A stretch of DNA of 49,085 bases, filler included, from Catajapyx aquilonaris (GCA_000934665.2; 2 parts of 2 records of this genome joined end to end with filler, not necessarily neighbours in it), one strand, 5' to 3'. Numbered from the whole stretch's first letter, positions 1 to 12,631 are shown. Notes: a model not told the origin generated them from the letters alone. Translations and numbers: made by a program.

Positions 1-221
1 TAGCTCAATTGGTTCACGAGATATGACCGATTTCTGAAACCCTACCTTCCGAAAATGACGTTTTTTTCGGTGGGCCTATCTCCGGGGAGGGGGGGGGGGG
101 TAAATCTCAAAACCGCGCAAATGGTATTTTTGAAAGACGTAATTAAAGCGATTCGCCGATTTTCGTCAAAATCTGACAACCCAAGGGTCAGGGGGCTCGG
201 TGAATTGACATGGAATGACCC
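1..221. mobile_element. End of a DNA transposon with TGGAATGACCC terminus
   Basis: The same terminus occurs at 33510-33521, and in reverse sense (GGGCCATTCCA) at 44176; family not determined. Confidence 0.55.
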
Positions 222-247
222 ATATGTAACATCCACATTTTCTTCTT

Positions 248-590
248 CCTGAAAGTGAGACATTCCTTTCTCCCGTCAGTCAATACAAGTTCAGTGCTTA
301 ATAGGTTTATTTCACTCAGTTGTTTATGAGAAAGTGATTTAGGAGGTGTCTGTACTGTATCATGTACAGTCAGATACAGTACATGACTTGCTGATGCATG
401 AAGATGGTTTCATGAGTGCAATGAATAATCTTATTTGGGGAGTGTAGCAGGTGAAAATCTCGATGATAAAATTCTTGGCACTATCCACTCCTGTGGAGCT
501 CCTCCTCAATATATGAAGCACAGCTCGATTAGTGCCATGCTCTTGCTTCCAAGACTCATATACCACCTTGATCACCCAACGTTTTTCAAA
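248..590. repeat. Copy 1 of an approximately 340-bp direct repeat
   Basis: Near-identical to 2470-2808 apart from small indels. Confidence 0.95.
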
Positions 591-2264
591 TTCCATTATA
601 TTGGAAAAATTGCAAATATAAACACTATCTTTTACATCTCTGTGCAAACTACTGATGTTGGAAAAAAGCAAACTGAAGCATTTTCATTATCACACAGCAC
701 AAGGAGAATGAAAATCTCGACAACAGTTGAAGTACTTATAGTAAAAATTCTTTCACAACACAGTTCCACTTTTAACATAATTTATTGACATATGAACTAG
801 CTTACAGTATCACATGTCTTATTGGAGGGATGGATGGGGTAGTGGAGAGTGAGGATAATGGGATGGGGCAGGGTTTAAAAAAAGCACAGATATATGGAAA
901 AACTACGATAAATAGGACTTGTTGGCAGTATGTCCATATTTAGATTCACAATTTCTTGTAACAGGTCATTCTGTACCTTCTAAGCAGACACTGACATAAC
1001 AGGGTAAGGAAAATGTGAATGGAGACATGTGATTTATGACAACACATTGCAAATTGGACTCTCATTGACTGATGTGTGTGCAAGTTACATATCAATCATG
1101 TTAAAATCTTCCCGTCTCAGAAATTTACACAACAGTTGATAAGTCCGACTAAAATAACCTTGTTTGGTAGAAGAAAACCAATGGGACAATGAGAAATCGG
1201 TACCTCTCCACCTGTCCTTTCAAATTTTGCATGAATAAAAAACATTGCATTCAATTATTGTGTTGAACAAGGTAAAATGAAATCACATTTACCTGTACTT
1301 TTTTTTTTTTTGCCGAGCCTTCCAGCACAACATTTCACCCAAACAATAAGGGGATGCAAATAAAAGACTGACACTGGTCTTCATTCCATGAAAGCAAGAT
1401 GACATCGTGTCAGCAACAACCGCGGTCGAAGTGAACATCCTGGAAAATGTTAAACTTCTGACAAAAGTGTGGCATGCAATGAGTCCCATGTGAGATGCTG
1501 ATTTTGCCCACAACCAGAGGGCAATGCTGAGACGCAAATTTCAGAAATTTCATTTGAAGTCGAACTTCAAAAACTTCCTTTGGAAAGCTACAATTCTGCT
1601 GATAAATAATGTCATGAGTCCATCGTGCCCAAGGTAGGTGTCGCTGGCATATGCAAAAAAAATGATCAGGAGCAAGCCAGTTCCAACATCTCACAATATT
1701 AGCAATTGGAGCATTACACATTAACCTTCTGTAGTGATTCACTCAACCCTATATCCCAGCCACTATTTCAACATATCCAGTCATTGTCCACAGGAAAGTT
1801 ATTAATTATTGCCAGAGGCAACAAGGAAAAGGCCTTGTTCACACCTGCTTAATACGCACAAAGTTGATCCAGAGGTTTAACATTTCTCAGCAACTGAACT
1901 TGGCATTGCTGTTATTTTTTACACAAGGATTTGAAAAATGGGTTTTAAACTTCAAAACAAACAAAAACATATTCACTAAAGTGACGCAAGATCTTACTAT
2001 CAGTTACTAAACTTTCTATTTGTACACACACTTTTTCCATTTTAATTTAGAGGGGTACACTGACGATCCCTGTAGAGGCGATTCAATTCTGAACGAAGAA
2101 ACTGCACATTCACTCTGTGGGACTTTCACTATCTTCTTTCTTCCTGATGAGTGTGATGAACATTTTAATGTTGCCCAATCCATTACGTATATCTTCCTTT
2201 TGCCTTGTTCTTGTTTCTCTCTCGCTCTTTTTTTTTATTTTTTTATTTTCTTCATCTTGTTAGT

Positions 2265-2377
2265 TTAGTCCAGCCAGCTCTGTTCGACACAAGCTTTCAC
2301 TCTCGCCTGTTCTCCTTATACAGTTGGGCAGCCATCGAGTTGGCAGGGCTGTTAGGGTTGGGATCACTTAGGAGCGA
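2265..2377 (-). pseudogene. Ubc6: Isolated, frameshifted terminal exon of Rad6/UBE2A-B (Ubc6) ubiquitin-conjugating enzyme
   Basis: Acceptor ttttcag, then [26 protein letters not shown], then after a frameshift [11 protein letters not shown]. This matches the conserved Rad6 C-terminus with YEKR missing. Confidence 0.88.
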
Positions 2378-2469
2378 CTGAAAACAACAACAAAAAAACA
2401 ATGTCAATATATTTTCCAACTTGATCATGTTATTAAACCTGGTGATTAAAATGCAGCACATGTGTGCAA

Positions 2470-2808
2470 CCTGAAAGTGAGACATTCCTTTCTCCCGTCA
2501 GTCAATACAAGTTCAGTGCTTAATAGGTTTATTTCACTCAGTTGTTTATGAGAAAGTGATTTAGGAGGTGTCTGTACTGTATCATACAGTACATGACTTG
2601 CTGATGCATGAAGATGATTTCATGAGTGCAATGAATAAAAAACCTATCTTATTTGGGGAGTGTAGCAGGTGAAAATCTCGATGATAAAATTCTTGGCACT
2701 ATCCACTCCTGTGGAGCTCCTCCTCAATATATGAAGCACAGCTCGATTAGTGCCATGCTCTTGCTTCCAAGACTCATGTACCACCTTGATCACCCAACAT
2801 TTTTCAAA
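2470..2808. repeat. Copy 2 of the approximately 340-bp direct repeat
   Basis: Near-identical to 248-590. Confidence 0.95.
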
Positions 2809-2929
2809 CTGTACTGCATATTGTGATGCTTGAAACGATTCACCATCAGTACTTCATGCCTTCATGAACTGTTTATCATCAAGCCGAGCTTGATATCATA
2901 GCTCTAAGCCTAATTCTAAAGCTATCCCC

Positions 2930-3277
2930 CCCCCCACCTTTTTTAAAACCCTGTGATGACCCTTATGGGCTCTATAGGGGGGTGGCATACCACCATCAGT
3001 TTTCTATATATTTTTCTACTTCATACTCCAGTGCAAGGAAACAGGGACAATGGGAAAGGATAGGGATTTTTGGGGAGGGAACATGGGTGCAAGGTGCAAT
3101 GTCGTAGCTATGGGTCATGTGCTGTTCCCCAGGAGGTTAGGTTGCCAGACACCTCCTTGGTGCAGGTCTGAGACCCTCCTGACGCAGGTGAAAGGAAAGT
3201 TCCCCAGGCGGGGATCGAACCTGGGGCCTTTCACTCAGCAAGCCGAGACGTTACCATCTCGGCCACCACACCTCCCC
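2930..3277 (-). mobile_element. tRNA-derived SINE, family A
   Basis: A box TGGCCGAGATGG, B box GGTTCGATCC, TSD AAAGCTATCCCC; homologous to 13846-14206. Confidence 0.9.
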
Positions 3278-3481
3278 AAAGCTATCCCCATTGTAAACAG
3301 CAAAGGGTGTCCTTTTCCCCCAGAAAGTCACAAGTATCAAATTGCATGAAAACTAGAGCATGTAGAGGAAAACTGTTTTCAGATTTGAAATCAGCGCTGA
3401 AAAAATACTTAGAATCAGTTGAAAAATCTCATGAAACAGAATTTTTTTATAATTTTTGTTCCCCAGTGTAATTTTCTTTAA

Positions 3482-3937
3482 CCCTTAACTACGCAGGTGG
3501 GCGAAATACCTTTAACTACGTAAGTGGAGCCTGAGAGGCTCCAACGGTATATTTAAATTTCTGCTTATCAACTAAATTGTTATATTGGACTTTTCACATA
3601 CAGAAAGTGCAGTTCAGATCATTAGGCTTCCGAAAACGTAAAAATCACACGCTGAGTCAGCATATTCCGACAGGGAAAAATTTTTAATTAAAAGGTTACA
3701 TCATGTTTGAGCCGCTCAGGCTTCACCTACGAGATATAGAGCCTGAGCGGTTCCAGGAGGGACCTGTTCCTCGTTACGAATATTTTTTTACCAAAGAATA
3801 GGGACTAAAAATTTTTTTCTTTCCTTTTCATGCTTAGGAAGGTTTTTCTGACAAAGTCACGGAAGGACAGGGGAAAATAAAATTCAATGAAAAAGTTACA
3901 TGCATTTAAATAGAGGCTCCACCTACGTAGTTAAGGG
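3482..3937. mobile_element. piggyBac-like MITE
   Basis: TTAA|CCCTTAACTACG...CGTAGTTAAGGG|TTAA. Confidence 0.9.
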
Positions 3938-3989
3938 TTAAAGAGTGCCCCATAGCCCTCTGCCACCAAACAATCAATTTCCTGCACCA

Positions 3990-4906
3990 TTATTCCAGAT
4001 TCCATTTTAAACTTCCTCTCTGAGGACAGTACCGCCACCCACCCCTTCTCCTCTTCTGGTTCTTCCTGATTGTGCTCAGCTGCTGCGAGGGCGCTTCGTA
4101 CTCGCTAAGTTCCTGGTGGTGACGCTTGATGCTCAGCATCGGCTGCTGCTTTTTGTGCCATGCTATCACCCTCTTGGCCACTTCAGGTGACTGCATTTCA
4201 CTCTGTGCTGGTGATGTACATTCTTGGATCTTCTCCTCGCAGTAGGACTCATCGACTGAGAGGTGATCAACCGCACTCTCATCCTGGCTACACTGTGTAG
4301 CCTCATCTGAAAGAAACAGCATGAGCAGTCTGTACAGATTTAACTCAACAACACCGGGTAACAAACATACCGTTCTCAACATTTTCAGGAGGAGGGGGAT
4401 CCTCCAATGGTGGCAAGTCGAAGATTTCGCCCGCTTCGTCATTGCCGATGTTACTTTCTTCATCCTCTGGAGGGTCAGGCTCATTCACTTGAGCCACGAC
4501 ATCGTCTGGTTGCGGCCAGTCGGCTACCTGCTCCTCCTCGCTTATACCCAACTCCTTTTGGTAATCACAATAAAAGATTAAGGGATATGGCTGCGGAGGC
4601 GCCATGATGTGGTGGCGGATGTACTCTGTGACTGTCTCGTCCCCACATGGCTTTTTCGACTGTGAAGAATAGATAATTTGAAGCAGAAGGTAGCGACAAT
4701 TCGCAGGATGTGATGTCGTTTCTCACCGTCACTGTTTTTTTTGTTCCTCTGGCTGCCAAAGGTTTCCCCTTTGTAGATCCCGGCCTCATGAAATCCGGGT
4801 TGTCCATCTCCCACAATTCCTCCTTTGCCTTTCCTTTACTACTGCTCGCTTCCTTCACAGCTTCAAGCATTTCTGCTAACCGCCTGTCTGTCAGTTCCTG
4901 CGACAT
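3990..4906 (-). CDS. Hypothetical 261-aa acidic, low-complexity protein; exons 4906-4727, 4659-4371, 4306-3990
   Basis: Three separate ORF-track pieces join into one open frame through 67-nt (GTGAGA...ttcacAG) and 64-nt (GTATGT...ctttcAG) introns with matching phases (0 and 1). CAAAATG start context follows an acceptor at 4916-4918. Confidence 0.72.
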
Positions 4907-6171
4907 TTTGCGGACCTATTATTGAAAGGACATTAGAATTGACTTGAATTCAGTTTTAACAGATTCAAACTTCAATTTCAAAATGTGAATGATTATTGTT
5001 AGGTTACTGTAGTGATCGAGTCCTGGCAACAAGACTGTTTTCGGTTCTTTAAGGGCACCGGATACCTACAGTAAGTGATTTTTCAGAATCGCATTTAAAG
5101 TTTGGCCGAGTCACATGTGCAGCATATTCTCTGCGAACCGCCAATGCGAGGTTGCTGGACTCTCATTACTACATTTTTCTCTGAAAGGGGTAGTCTGCAA
5201 TGAACCAACTGATGCAGTGGTGTAGGCGGGGAGAGGGGGGGGGGGGGGNNNNNNNNNNNNNNNNNNNNNNNNNNNNNNNNNNNNNNNNNNNNNNNNNNNN
5301 NNNNNNNNNNNNNNNNNNNNNNNNNNNNNNNNNNNNNNNNNNNNNNNNNNNNNNNNNNNNNNNNNNNNNNNNNNNNNNNNNNNNNNNNNNNNNNNNNNNN
5401 NNNNNNNNNNNNNNNNNNGGGGGGGGGGGGTTATATGGGTGGTTTATAGGCTGATTTTCACCATTTTTAATGTAGTTCATATTTTGGGTTAGCTTGTGGC
5501 TCCCGTCATCGGTGACTACCCCTTATAGGGAAATGTCGTGATGGTGTTGTTGTTGTTGTTGTTGTTGTGTGAGCTTGAACAGCATTAAAAAATTTTGCCT
5601 GCAGCGGGCCTCTTCGTTCTTCCCTCATATAATCTCCCCCCCTCCCAGCCTACAAATTTCCTGGCTACGCTGCTGAACTGATGCAAATTAATTCCTAAAT
5701 CAGAAGATGCCATTTTTCAGCCAAATACTGGTCAGTGTAATCTATGCAAGTGCAGAAAGAAATTCTTTTACCAAAGGATGTACTCTCATACACTTTTTGC
5801 AATGTTATATTATAAGGTCTTGGAGGATTGTCAGTTTCCAAATGACAGACCCCGACATGACCTGCATGAATTTTCTTGTCTCCAGTCTAAGTTCCCCCAA
5901 GAGTTCCTCAGCACCCTGCTCCAAAACCACCATGCCTTTCAATTTTAGGGGCAGAAATGTTAGTGACTTGACCCATCTTCACCAGACAATATTTGGGAGA
6001 ATTGACCACTCAGGGCACCTGTAAACTGTAAATGTAGAAGGAAGGTATGAATTAGTTGACATAATGCCACCCAACCCCCCAATAAACTGGCCCTGGGGTT
6101 CCCCAAATTAACAATGTCAGACTTTTCTGGCAGGTGTAACACTTTCTGCTCATCATGCATTTCTGCACTAC

Positions 6172-6620
6172 ATAGGTATACAAACTGGTAGACCTGCTCA
6201 ACCAGTTTTCCTCGTACCTGCAACGTACAAGGAGAAACCTGCTGTCCTCTCTCAAATACCAATACCTTAGTCTTATCTACATTAATCCTCATACCCCTCT
6301 TTTCACAAACATTATCTAACTCGCATAGGATCAACTGTAAATCAGCCTCACTCTCCGCCAGAAGGGCAGAATCATCTGCATACAGCAAGTGACTAACTAA
6401 CTCATCACCAAACTGCACTCCTACACCTTCAACCATAGCTTCCCTTACACATGCATCTAAGTACAAGTTAAATAACCAGGGAGACATGACACAACCCTGC
6501 TTAACCCCAACACTAATGTTAAACCAGTCAGAGAAACCCCCACTATAGTTCTATAACACAAGCTCTACTCTCTTCATACAATGACTTTACAGCCTCCAAT
6601 AATTTACTGTAGTTGCTGCT
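6172..6620 (-). mobile_element. Reverse-transcriptase fragment of the same RTE-type LINE
   Basis: GVKQGCVMSPWLFNLYLD...HLLYADD...GMRINVDKTKVL; same strand as, and collinear with, the endonuclease part. Confidence 0.9.
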
Positions 6621-7619
6621 TGAGTTTATGTGTTCATGCACATTATGAAACTTTTTTTTTTGCACAAGGATTTGCCAAGCAGCAATGACCACTGTATAAC
6701 CAGCCAGTTGACATTCTACTGTCTCTCTCACAATGCAGAAAATACAGCCTGCAGTCCAGAAAGATTCGAAGGAGAAAGACACTAACTCCCCTGGAGGATT
6801 ACCGGTAACCTTCCAGCATAAACATGACCTATCTATTAAGTATTAACCCAATGAATAAGGAACCTTGAGGGTTTCCTGGACTTCCAAGAGGATATTAGGT
6901 TCCAGGACAACCCAAAATTACCTTCTTACTTCTTACTTCTCTCCCTGATGTCAAATGAAATTGGTACAAGCACCGACATGAAACATGAACAACTGATGTG
7001 TCGAATGGAATCTCTCATGGATGAAGAGCAGACCAATGATCAGCATATTCCATAAGTTGATACATAGCATACATTACGACCAAACATACACCATACGTTG
7101 CGAGATATTCCATAAAATATTAAAACGACGAAGACCTTCAACAGGGCCAAATCCACGAGCAAACCTGATGGAAGCAGTCATCTTGTTATAATACCTGATG
7201 TGGACTTGACAGAAACCCGAAGCGTCCGTTGATCCAACCAGGGAGCGAACCCGGAGCAAGCTAGAGGCTGAGCACGGGCCTGAACCCGGGGCGAAATTGT
7301 GACCGTTCCACAAAGCCAAAGAGGGTGGTTGGGAGAACGGGTATCAACGCCTGACGCTTCGGGAGCGGACGGAAGGCGAACTAAAATATTTACCTTCAAA
7401 TGGAACCTAAGGCTGAGTTCCTACCCAGTTAATGTCCCATCGGCCGTGCAGGGCCAGGAGCGGGCTGGGAATAGAGCCGGGCCGGACCAGGGGCAGGCCC
7501 GGGGCAGAAAATTGAAGTTAATAAGAGTGGGTAAACAGCGCCTGACGCTAATAACGGACCGAATGTAAACTATGGAAATATTAAGCTATCAGCAGGTTCG
7601 GTTTGCTCATGTAATGGCA

Positions 7620-8930
7620 GCCATTTTTGGTCATTTCCCTCCATCAGAAATAACCGCATATTCGAACCCGGAGACAAGCCTTATTTCACTTGCTGACAGC
7701 AAGTCCTTAAAATACTCTCCCCAACGACCTTTCGCCTCTTCTCCATCCCACAGCATGTCACCCTTCTTATCCTTTACACCCACACTACACTAACCCCATG
7801 ACCAGTTCTTAACCTCCTAACAGTCTTCCAAAAAGACTTCCCATCCTCCAGCCTCTCACTCTCCTCTAGATCTACCTTCTTCTTACTCTCCCTAACAACC
7901 CGCGCTGCCTCTCGCTTCCAAAACCTATACTCCCCTGTAGGGACACTACCCTGAAGCATTCCTAAGTAAGCCTCGGTAAGCCTCCTTCTTACGATTAACA
8001 GCCTTAGCTACCTCCTCGTTCCACCAACGATCCCCCTTCTTACAACCCACCTTAGCCATACCACAAATATCAACAGCACTACTCACTAAGGAGGACTTGA
8101 AACAACCCCAAGCCTCTTCTAAGGACTTAACTGTCTTATTCCCTTCTACCAATTTATCAGAAGCTAGCTGTTGATATATTCCAAACCTAATGCAGGAAGT
8201 TGCTAAATCTTAATCCTCTCAACCACCTCAGGTTTTTTCTTAAACATCCTCCATCCAACACCTAACCTTAACCTAGAGACAACCAGGTAATGGTCTACAC
8301 CTCTCACCACCTTAGTATCAACTATCTTTAACCTCAACCGATTATCTATCACTACAAAGTCAATCAAGGACTTCTGACCTAATGACCTATTCTCCCAAGT
8401 ATACTGATGAATCCGTTTATGTGGAAACACAGTATTAGATACATAAAGGCCCCTCTCTACACATAAATCCAATAAACTCACACCGTTTCCTTTAACCCTA
8501 ACATCCCCATAACGACCCAACACTCCCTCATACCCCGGGCGAGACACCCACCCAAGAATTAAAATCCCCTGCAAGAATTATCCTCTCATTACCATTGAAA
8601 CCATCCAACACACCACTTAAACTATCCCAGAACCTCTCCTTATCCTCATCCACAGATGAGTCAACTGGTGCATACACAGCCACAACCACAATCCTAGTCT
8701 TAACCACCTTCAGACTCACCCACATTATTCTCTCACTGACCTGACTACATCCTTTCACACAATGCACCAGCTTAGGACTAATAAGTATACCCACACCTGC
8801 ACAAGCCCGCTTCCTTTCATCTACACCAGACCAGAAACCTGTTAGCCCATTGAAATCATCCACTGAACACCCCTTCATCTTGGTCTCAGACAAGCACATT
8901 ATATCTAAACGAGCATCAACAAATATATAT
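7620..8930 (-). mobile_element. Degenerate RTE-clade LINE, AP-endonuclease region
   Basis: CLSETK, GVGILIS, VYAP, GDFN, IDFV and DHYLV motifs spread over frameshifted ORFs. Confidence 0.9.
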
Positions 8931-9984
8931 TGTTAGGAAAGCATTTGTTGATGCTCGTTTAGATATAACGTGCTTGTCTGAGGTTTCATCATCATTGATA
9001 ATTATATTCTACCATATACAGTATTACCAATTGATTATTTGTCATGTTAGGGACTTTAAACCTGGTACTCAAATAATCTGCCATTTGCAATCATCAATGT
9101 ATTGGCATTTTGGTTGGCATAATAAGTTACCTCAGCTATTATTCTTCCAAAAATTACAGAGATTGTAGGTGCTTTCAGACAAATAGTAGGCTAACTGATG
9201 AAGTTATTTCACCATCATAATATATTATAGGTCTATAATTTATTTTTTCCACACACTGCCTGATATGAAAGGCCTACCATTGACAACCATGACAACACAA
9301 TAGCAACATGTAGGCTACTCAGAATATTATAGGCAAGTAACACCTTGGATATATATCTGCATCACACGGCATCACACTAGACATTGCAACATCTATTAGA
9401 TCAAAAGTAGGATAAATATCAACTGCCCGCCAGGCTCATCAGTCAGCACAATATAATCTGACTCTCAGTAAGAGAGGGATGGGGAAAAAGGCACCAACCA
9501 GACATAGGCTACCTTGGTAAGAGTGCAGTGTGGCAAGGCAACATCCTCCTCCGCTGCTACTGACAGAAACCGTGCAGTTGAGGTGCACAAGAAATCTCAT
9601 CTATATAGCCAGGCAGAGAAACAGTTACAACTAGCTGCCCATAAATTTTCCAATAATATTTCCATAATGATGCAAAATAAAATTATTTAGAGTTACAGCA
9701 TATTTTTCTATTTAAAATGTGGTCGGTAACTGTCAGGACCACCAGTTTGGAATCCACCACCACCACCAGGAACTGTCACCTTCCAAGAAAGAAAGAAAAA
9801 AGTGGTCCAGTGACGATATTTTTAAAATACTCCCCCACCGGTCCTTGCTGTGAAGATGAGCCTGGCTGGAGGGGCAGGATGGGGACTGGAGGGGGACGGA
9901 TGGAGGCCGATGGAGGCTCCACTTCCTCCGACCCTCCGCCCCAGGGGCAGGGCAGAGAAGGGGAGAGAGAGAGAGGCGATCAGC

Positions 9985-10132
9985 ACTTACCGCTCTCACC
10001 ACGTGGCTCTCGACAATACCTCCTGAGCCGCCATACTTGCAAACAGAACGAAACCGAATCGCCCACGACCTCTCATCTCACCACCCTGCCCCTCACCCCC
10101 CTGGTGACGTCACAGGACGTATGGTCACGTGA
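9985..10132 (-). promoter_or_regulatory. Putative promoter and first exon: E-box GTCACGTGA (10124-10132), CRE palindrome GTGACGTCAC (10104-10113), YY1-like GCCGCCAT (10027-10034), donor GCG|GTAAGT (9990)
   Basis: Clustered motifs in a GC/CpG-rich patch, followed by a consensus splice donor. Confidence 0.5.
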
Positions 10133-10870
10133 GGCAATGACATATACACAAAAAATGCAAAATTAGCTCATCCGTAAATTAGGAAGAACCAAAAAAATCA
10201 GTACCCTAATTTTCTTCTGCCGTCTCCTTATGTTGCCAAATATACGGTAGCAGAAAAAGTGTGCTTTTGAGTAGCTTAGATCAGTGACAGATGCGAAAAT
10301 CACCCCCTCCAGTATTCTCTGCAGATTCTCTGCCTCATTCCTGCGCATGCGGGAAAGGATTTTGAATAATAGTAAAAAACATATTTTCCTGCCGAGGGGT
10401 CCAAAAAATGGTCTGTTATAGCCGAGGTGAGGTGAAAATGAGTATGTTTTATCAGGAGTGAAAATACACATGACACCTTAATATATGGAAGTTTGCCGGA
10501 ACCGGCCTTTCGAGGCTGTTATAGCCAGAGGCCAGGGCTGTTATCTCCGGAGCCAACTGTATAAAAATATACCCTTGGAATGTGTCACAGGACAAATGGT
10601 GCTGTTTTAGACATTGGGATCTCACTGGGCAAAAAATTCAAGTTTTTTTTTTCTAACAATGAGCTTATAGGGTGTCTCAGCGATTTTTTCTGCTCTGATT
10701 TCACATGTATTTGCCAAATATTTCCATGGAGGAAATGGGTTTTGAGTTATATGCATTTAAAATTTTTGTAATTTGTATTTTTGTAATTATTATCGTAAAT
10801 AGTAATTTTAATTTAAGTTATTTCCTAACACACATGTCTATGACAATATACCTCCCTCTCCCTCTCTCTG

Positions 10871-11520
10871 TCAGAAATAACCCGGTGACAACTTTTTGAG
10901 AGGGGGCAGAGGTCAACTCGTAAAATTCTGCAAACTCCAAATTCCCATTTTTGACGGCGTCTTCAAGTAAATTTAATGGGAAATCATGACCTGGTGAACC
11001 ATTATGCAGGAAATATCGTGAAATGTTCGAAATATCGAGCAGGTTATAGCATGCTACCCAGATTATGCTGACTACATTGTAAACCGCAAACCATTAAAAG
11101 AGCATAGTATAGCCTAAGTCTCCCATGGAGCATCAATTTTTGATGCTCTTGTATGTCATTACAAGAGCATCAAAAATTGATGCTCCATGGGAGACTCACT
11201 ATAGGTTTTTCGTTTACAGTGTAGTCAGCATAATTATTCTGGGTATAATAAACTGTTTGATATTTCGAACATTTCACAATATTTCCTGCCTAATGGTGCA
11301 CCAGCATGATTTCCCATTAAATTTACTTGAAGACGTCTTCAAAAATGGAAATTTGGAGTTTTCTGGATTTTACAAGTTGACCTCTGTCCCCCTCAAAAAG
11401 TGGTCACAGGGTCATTTTGAGCAGGTAACTTTATGTGTGTTTTTCATATCCTTTGGAGTGGGCTACCAATGTACCGAATTTCAAGAAAATCGGTGAGCGG
11501 CACTTGGAAAGTGTCCCTTG
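10871..11520. mobile_element. Fold-back element, left arm truncated, right terminus GTGTCCCTTG
   Basis: Palindrome centred at about 11156 (gatgctcttgta-tgtcat-tacaagagcatc) with about 280-bp arms. Confidence 0.8.
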
Positions 11521-12082
11521 TGAGTTGTGAGCCTTGGAGTGTATTGCATTCCAATTGGTCCTGCTTTTTAACATGGCCAAACTCAGCAATTAAAAATTAA
11601 GCTCTCTGAGTAATTTCTGCACTTCATATGAAAGTCTGGAATCGTGCAAACTTTGCACATGGACAAAAAAAAAAAAGATTCGACCCATGCTACCTATGCG
11701 AAAACATTTATCTCATAGTAGGATAATTATTTTCTGGGTACCCTTCCCGTAAAACTAACAATGATGAAGGCAACAACTGGGCAGCATTTTTGGGTTTGTC
11801 CTGCTTACTTCATTGGATCTCTGGAAAGAGAACGGCCCCAAGTTCAGTCTACTCAATTTTTCAGGCGACAAAAGACTGATACCATTCTGCGCTGATAGCA
11901 GCATAATACATTCATCTTACTTCTACCTCACCACTAACAACAGGAAATGCCCTACTTACCTTTGGGCTACAACTAGTTGGTCTGCTGACACTCTCAGAAG
12001 GTGTTGTATGTGAAGGGGTCAATTGCAAGAATAACCGCTACCTGAATATGAAAATCTGTTGAGATCTGTTGTCTAGAAAGAG

Positions 12083-12328
12083 GAAGAGCACAGGGGGAAA
12101 ACGGGGAATGTCACACAAAAAATGTCCATGAAAAATCGAAGAAATTGCTTTATTTCTTCACGTGTCTAAAGAATAATAGGGATATCTTCACGTCATTATA
12201 TGCAACTGTCTCTCTTGTACCCATGGAAAGCCTCCAGGTATAAGTGTCACCTATGCTACTATTGTACTGTGCACTTGGCAGGAACCCCAACGGAATTGGA
12301 CATTCCCCGTTTTTCCCCTGTGCTCTTC
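12083..12328. mobile_element. Small inverted-repeat element
   Basis: 30-bp TIR GAAGAGCACAGGGGGAAAACGGGGAATGTC / GACATTCCCCGTTTTTCCCCTGTGCTCTTC. Confidence 0.7.
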
Positions 12329-12631
12329 AGTGGTGTATTTCACTATTTCTACTACATAATTCATCACATAAAACATCGCGTGAGATTTTTTTTTCGTTCA
12401 ACCAAAGTATTGTTTTGTCCCTTCACACAAGGCCAAAGATGGCCAAAAATTACTATGACAAAGCGGTCCACATCCCACCACCCTGTTCGCACACTTTGAA
12501 TTTTATTGGCGCCTCCAAAAGCGCCCTCCTTCGGCCATTTTGGGAAACACGACATTTGGCGACCCTGCCATTGCCCACTCCGCGTCCTGTTTTCTCATCT
12601 GGCAACATCACAGGCATCATAGGTGAACAAA

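Noticed and set aside
1290..1900. Possible hAT transposase C-terminal remnant (QFQHLTILAIGAL)
   Set aside because: Too degenerate to support by eye; it needs an HMM search
5238..5430. Poly-G/C tracts (also near 22790, 23830, 26235, 39610) as G-quadruplex elements
   Set aside because: They coincide with gap edges and MITE interiors, so their lengths are unreliable
9991..10034. 44-nt ATG-to-donor segment as the missing Rad6 exon 1
   Set aside because: It encodes MAAQEVLSRATW*, not MSTPARRRLMRDFK; the size similarity is coincidental
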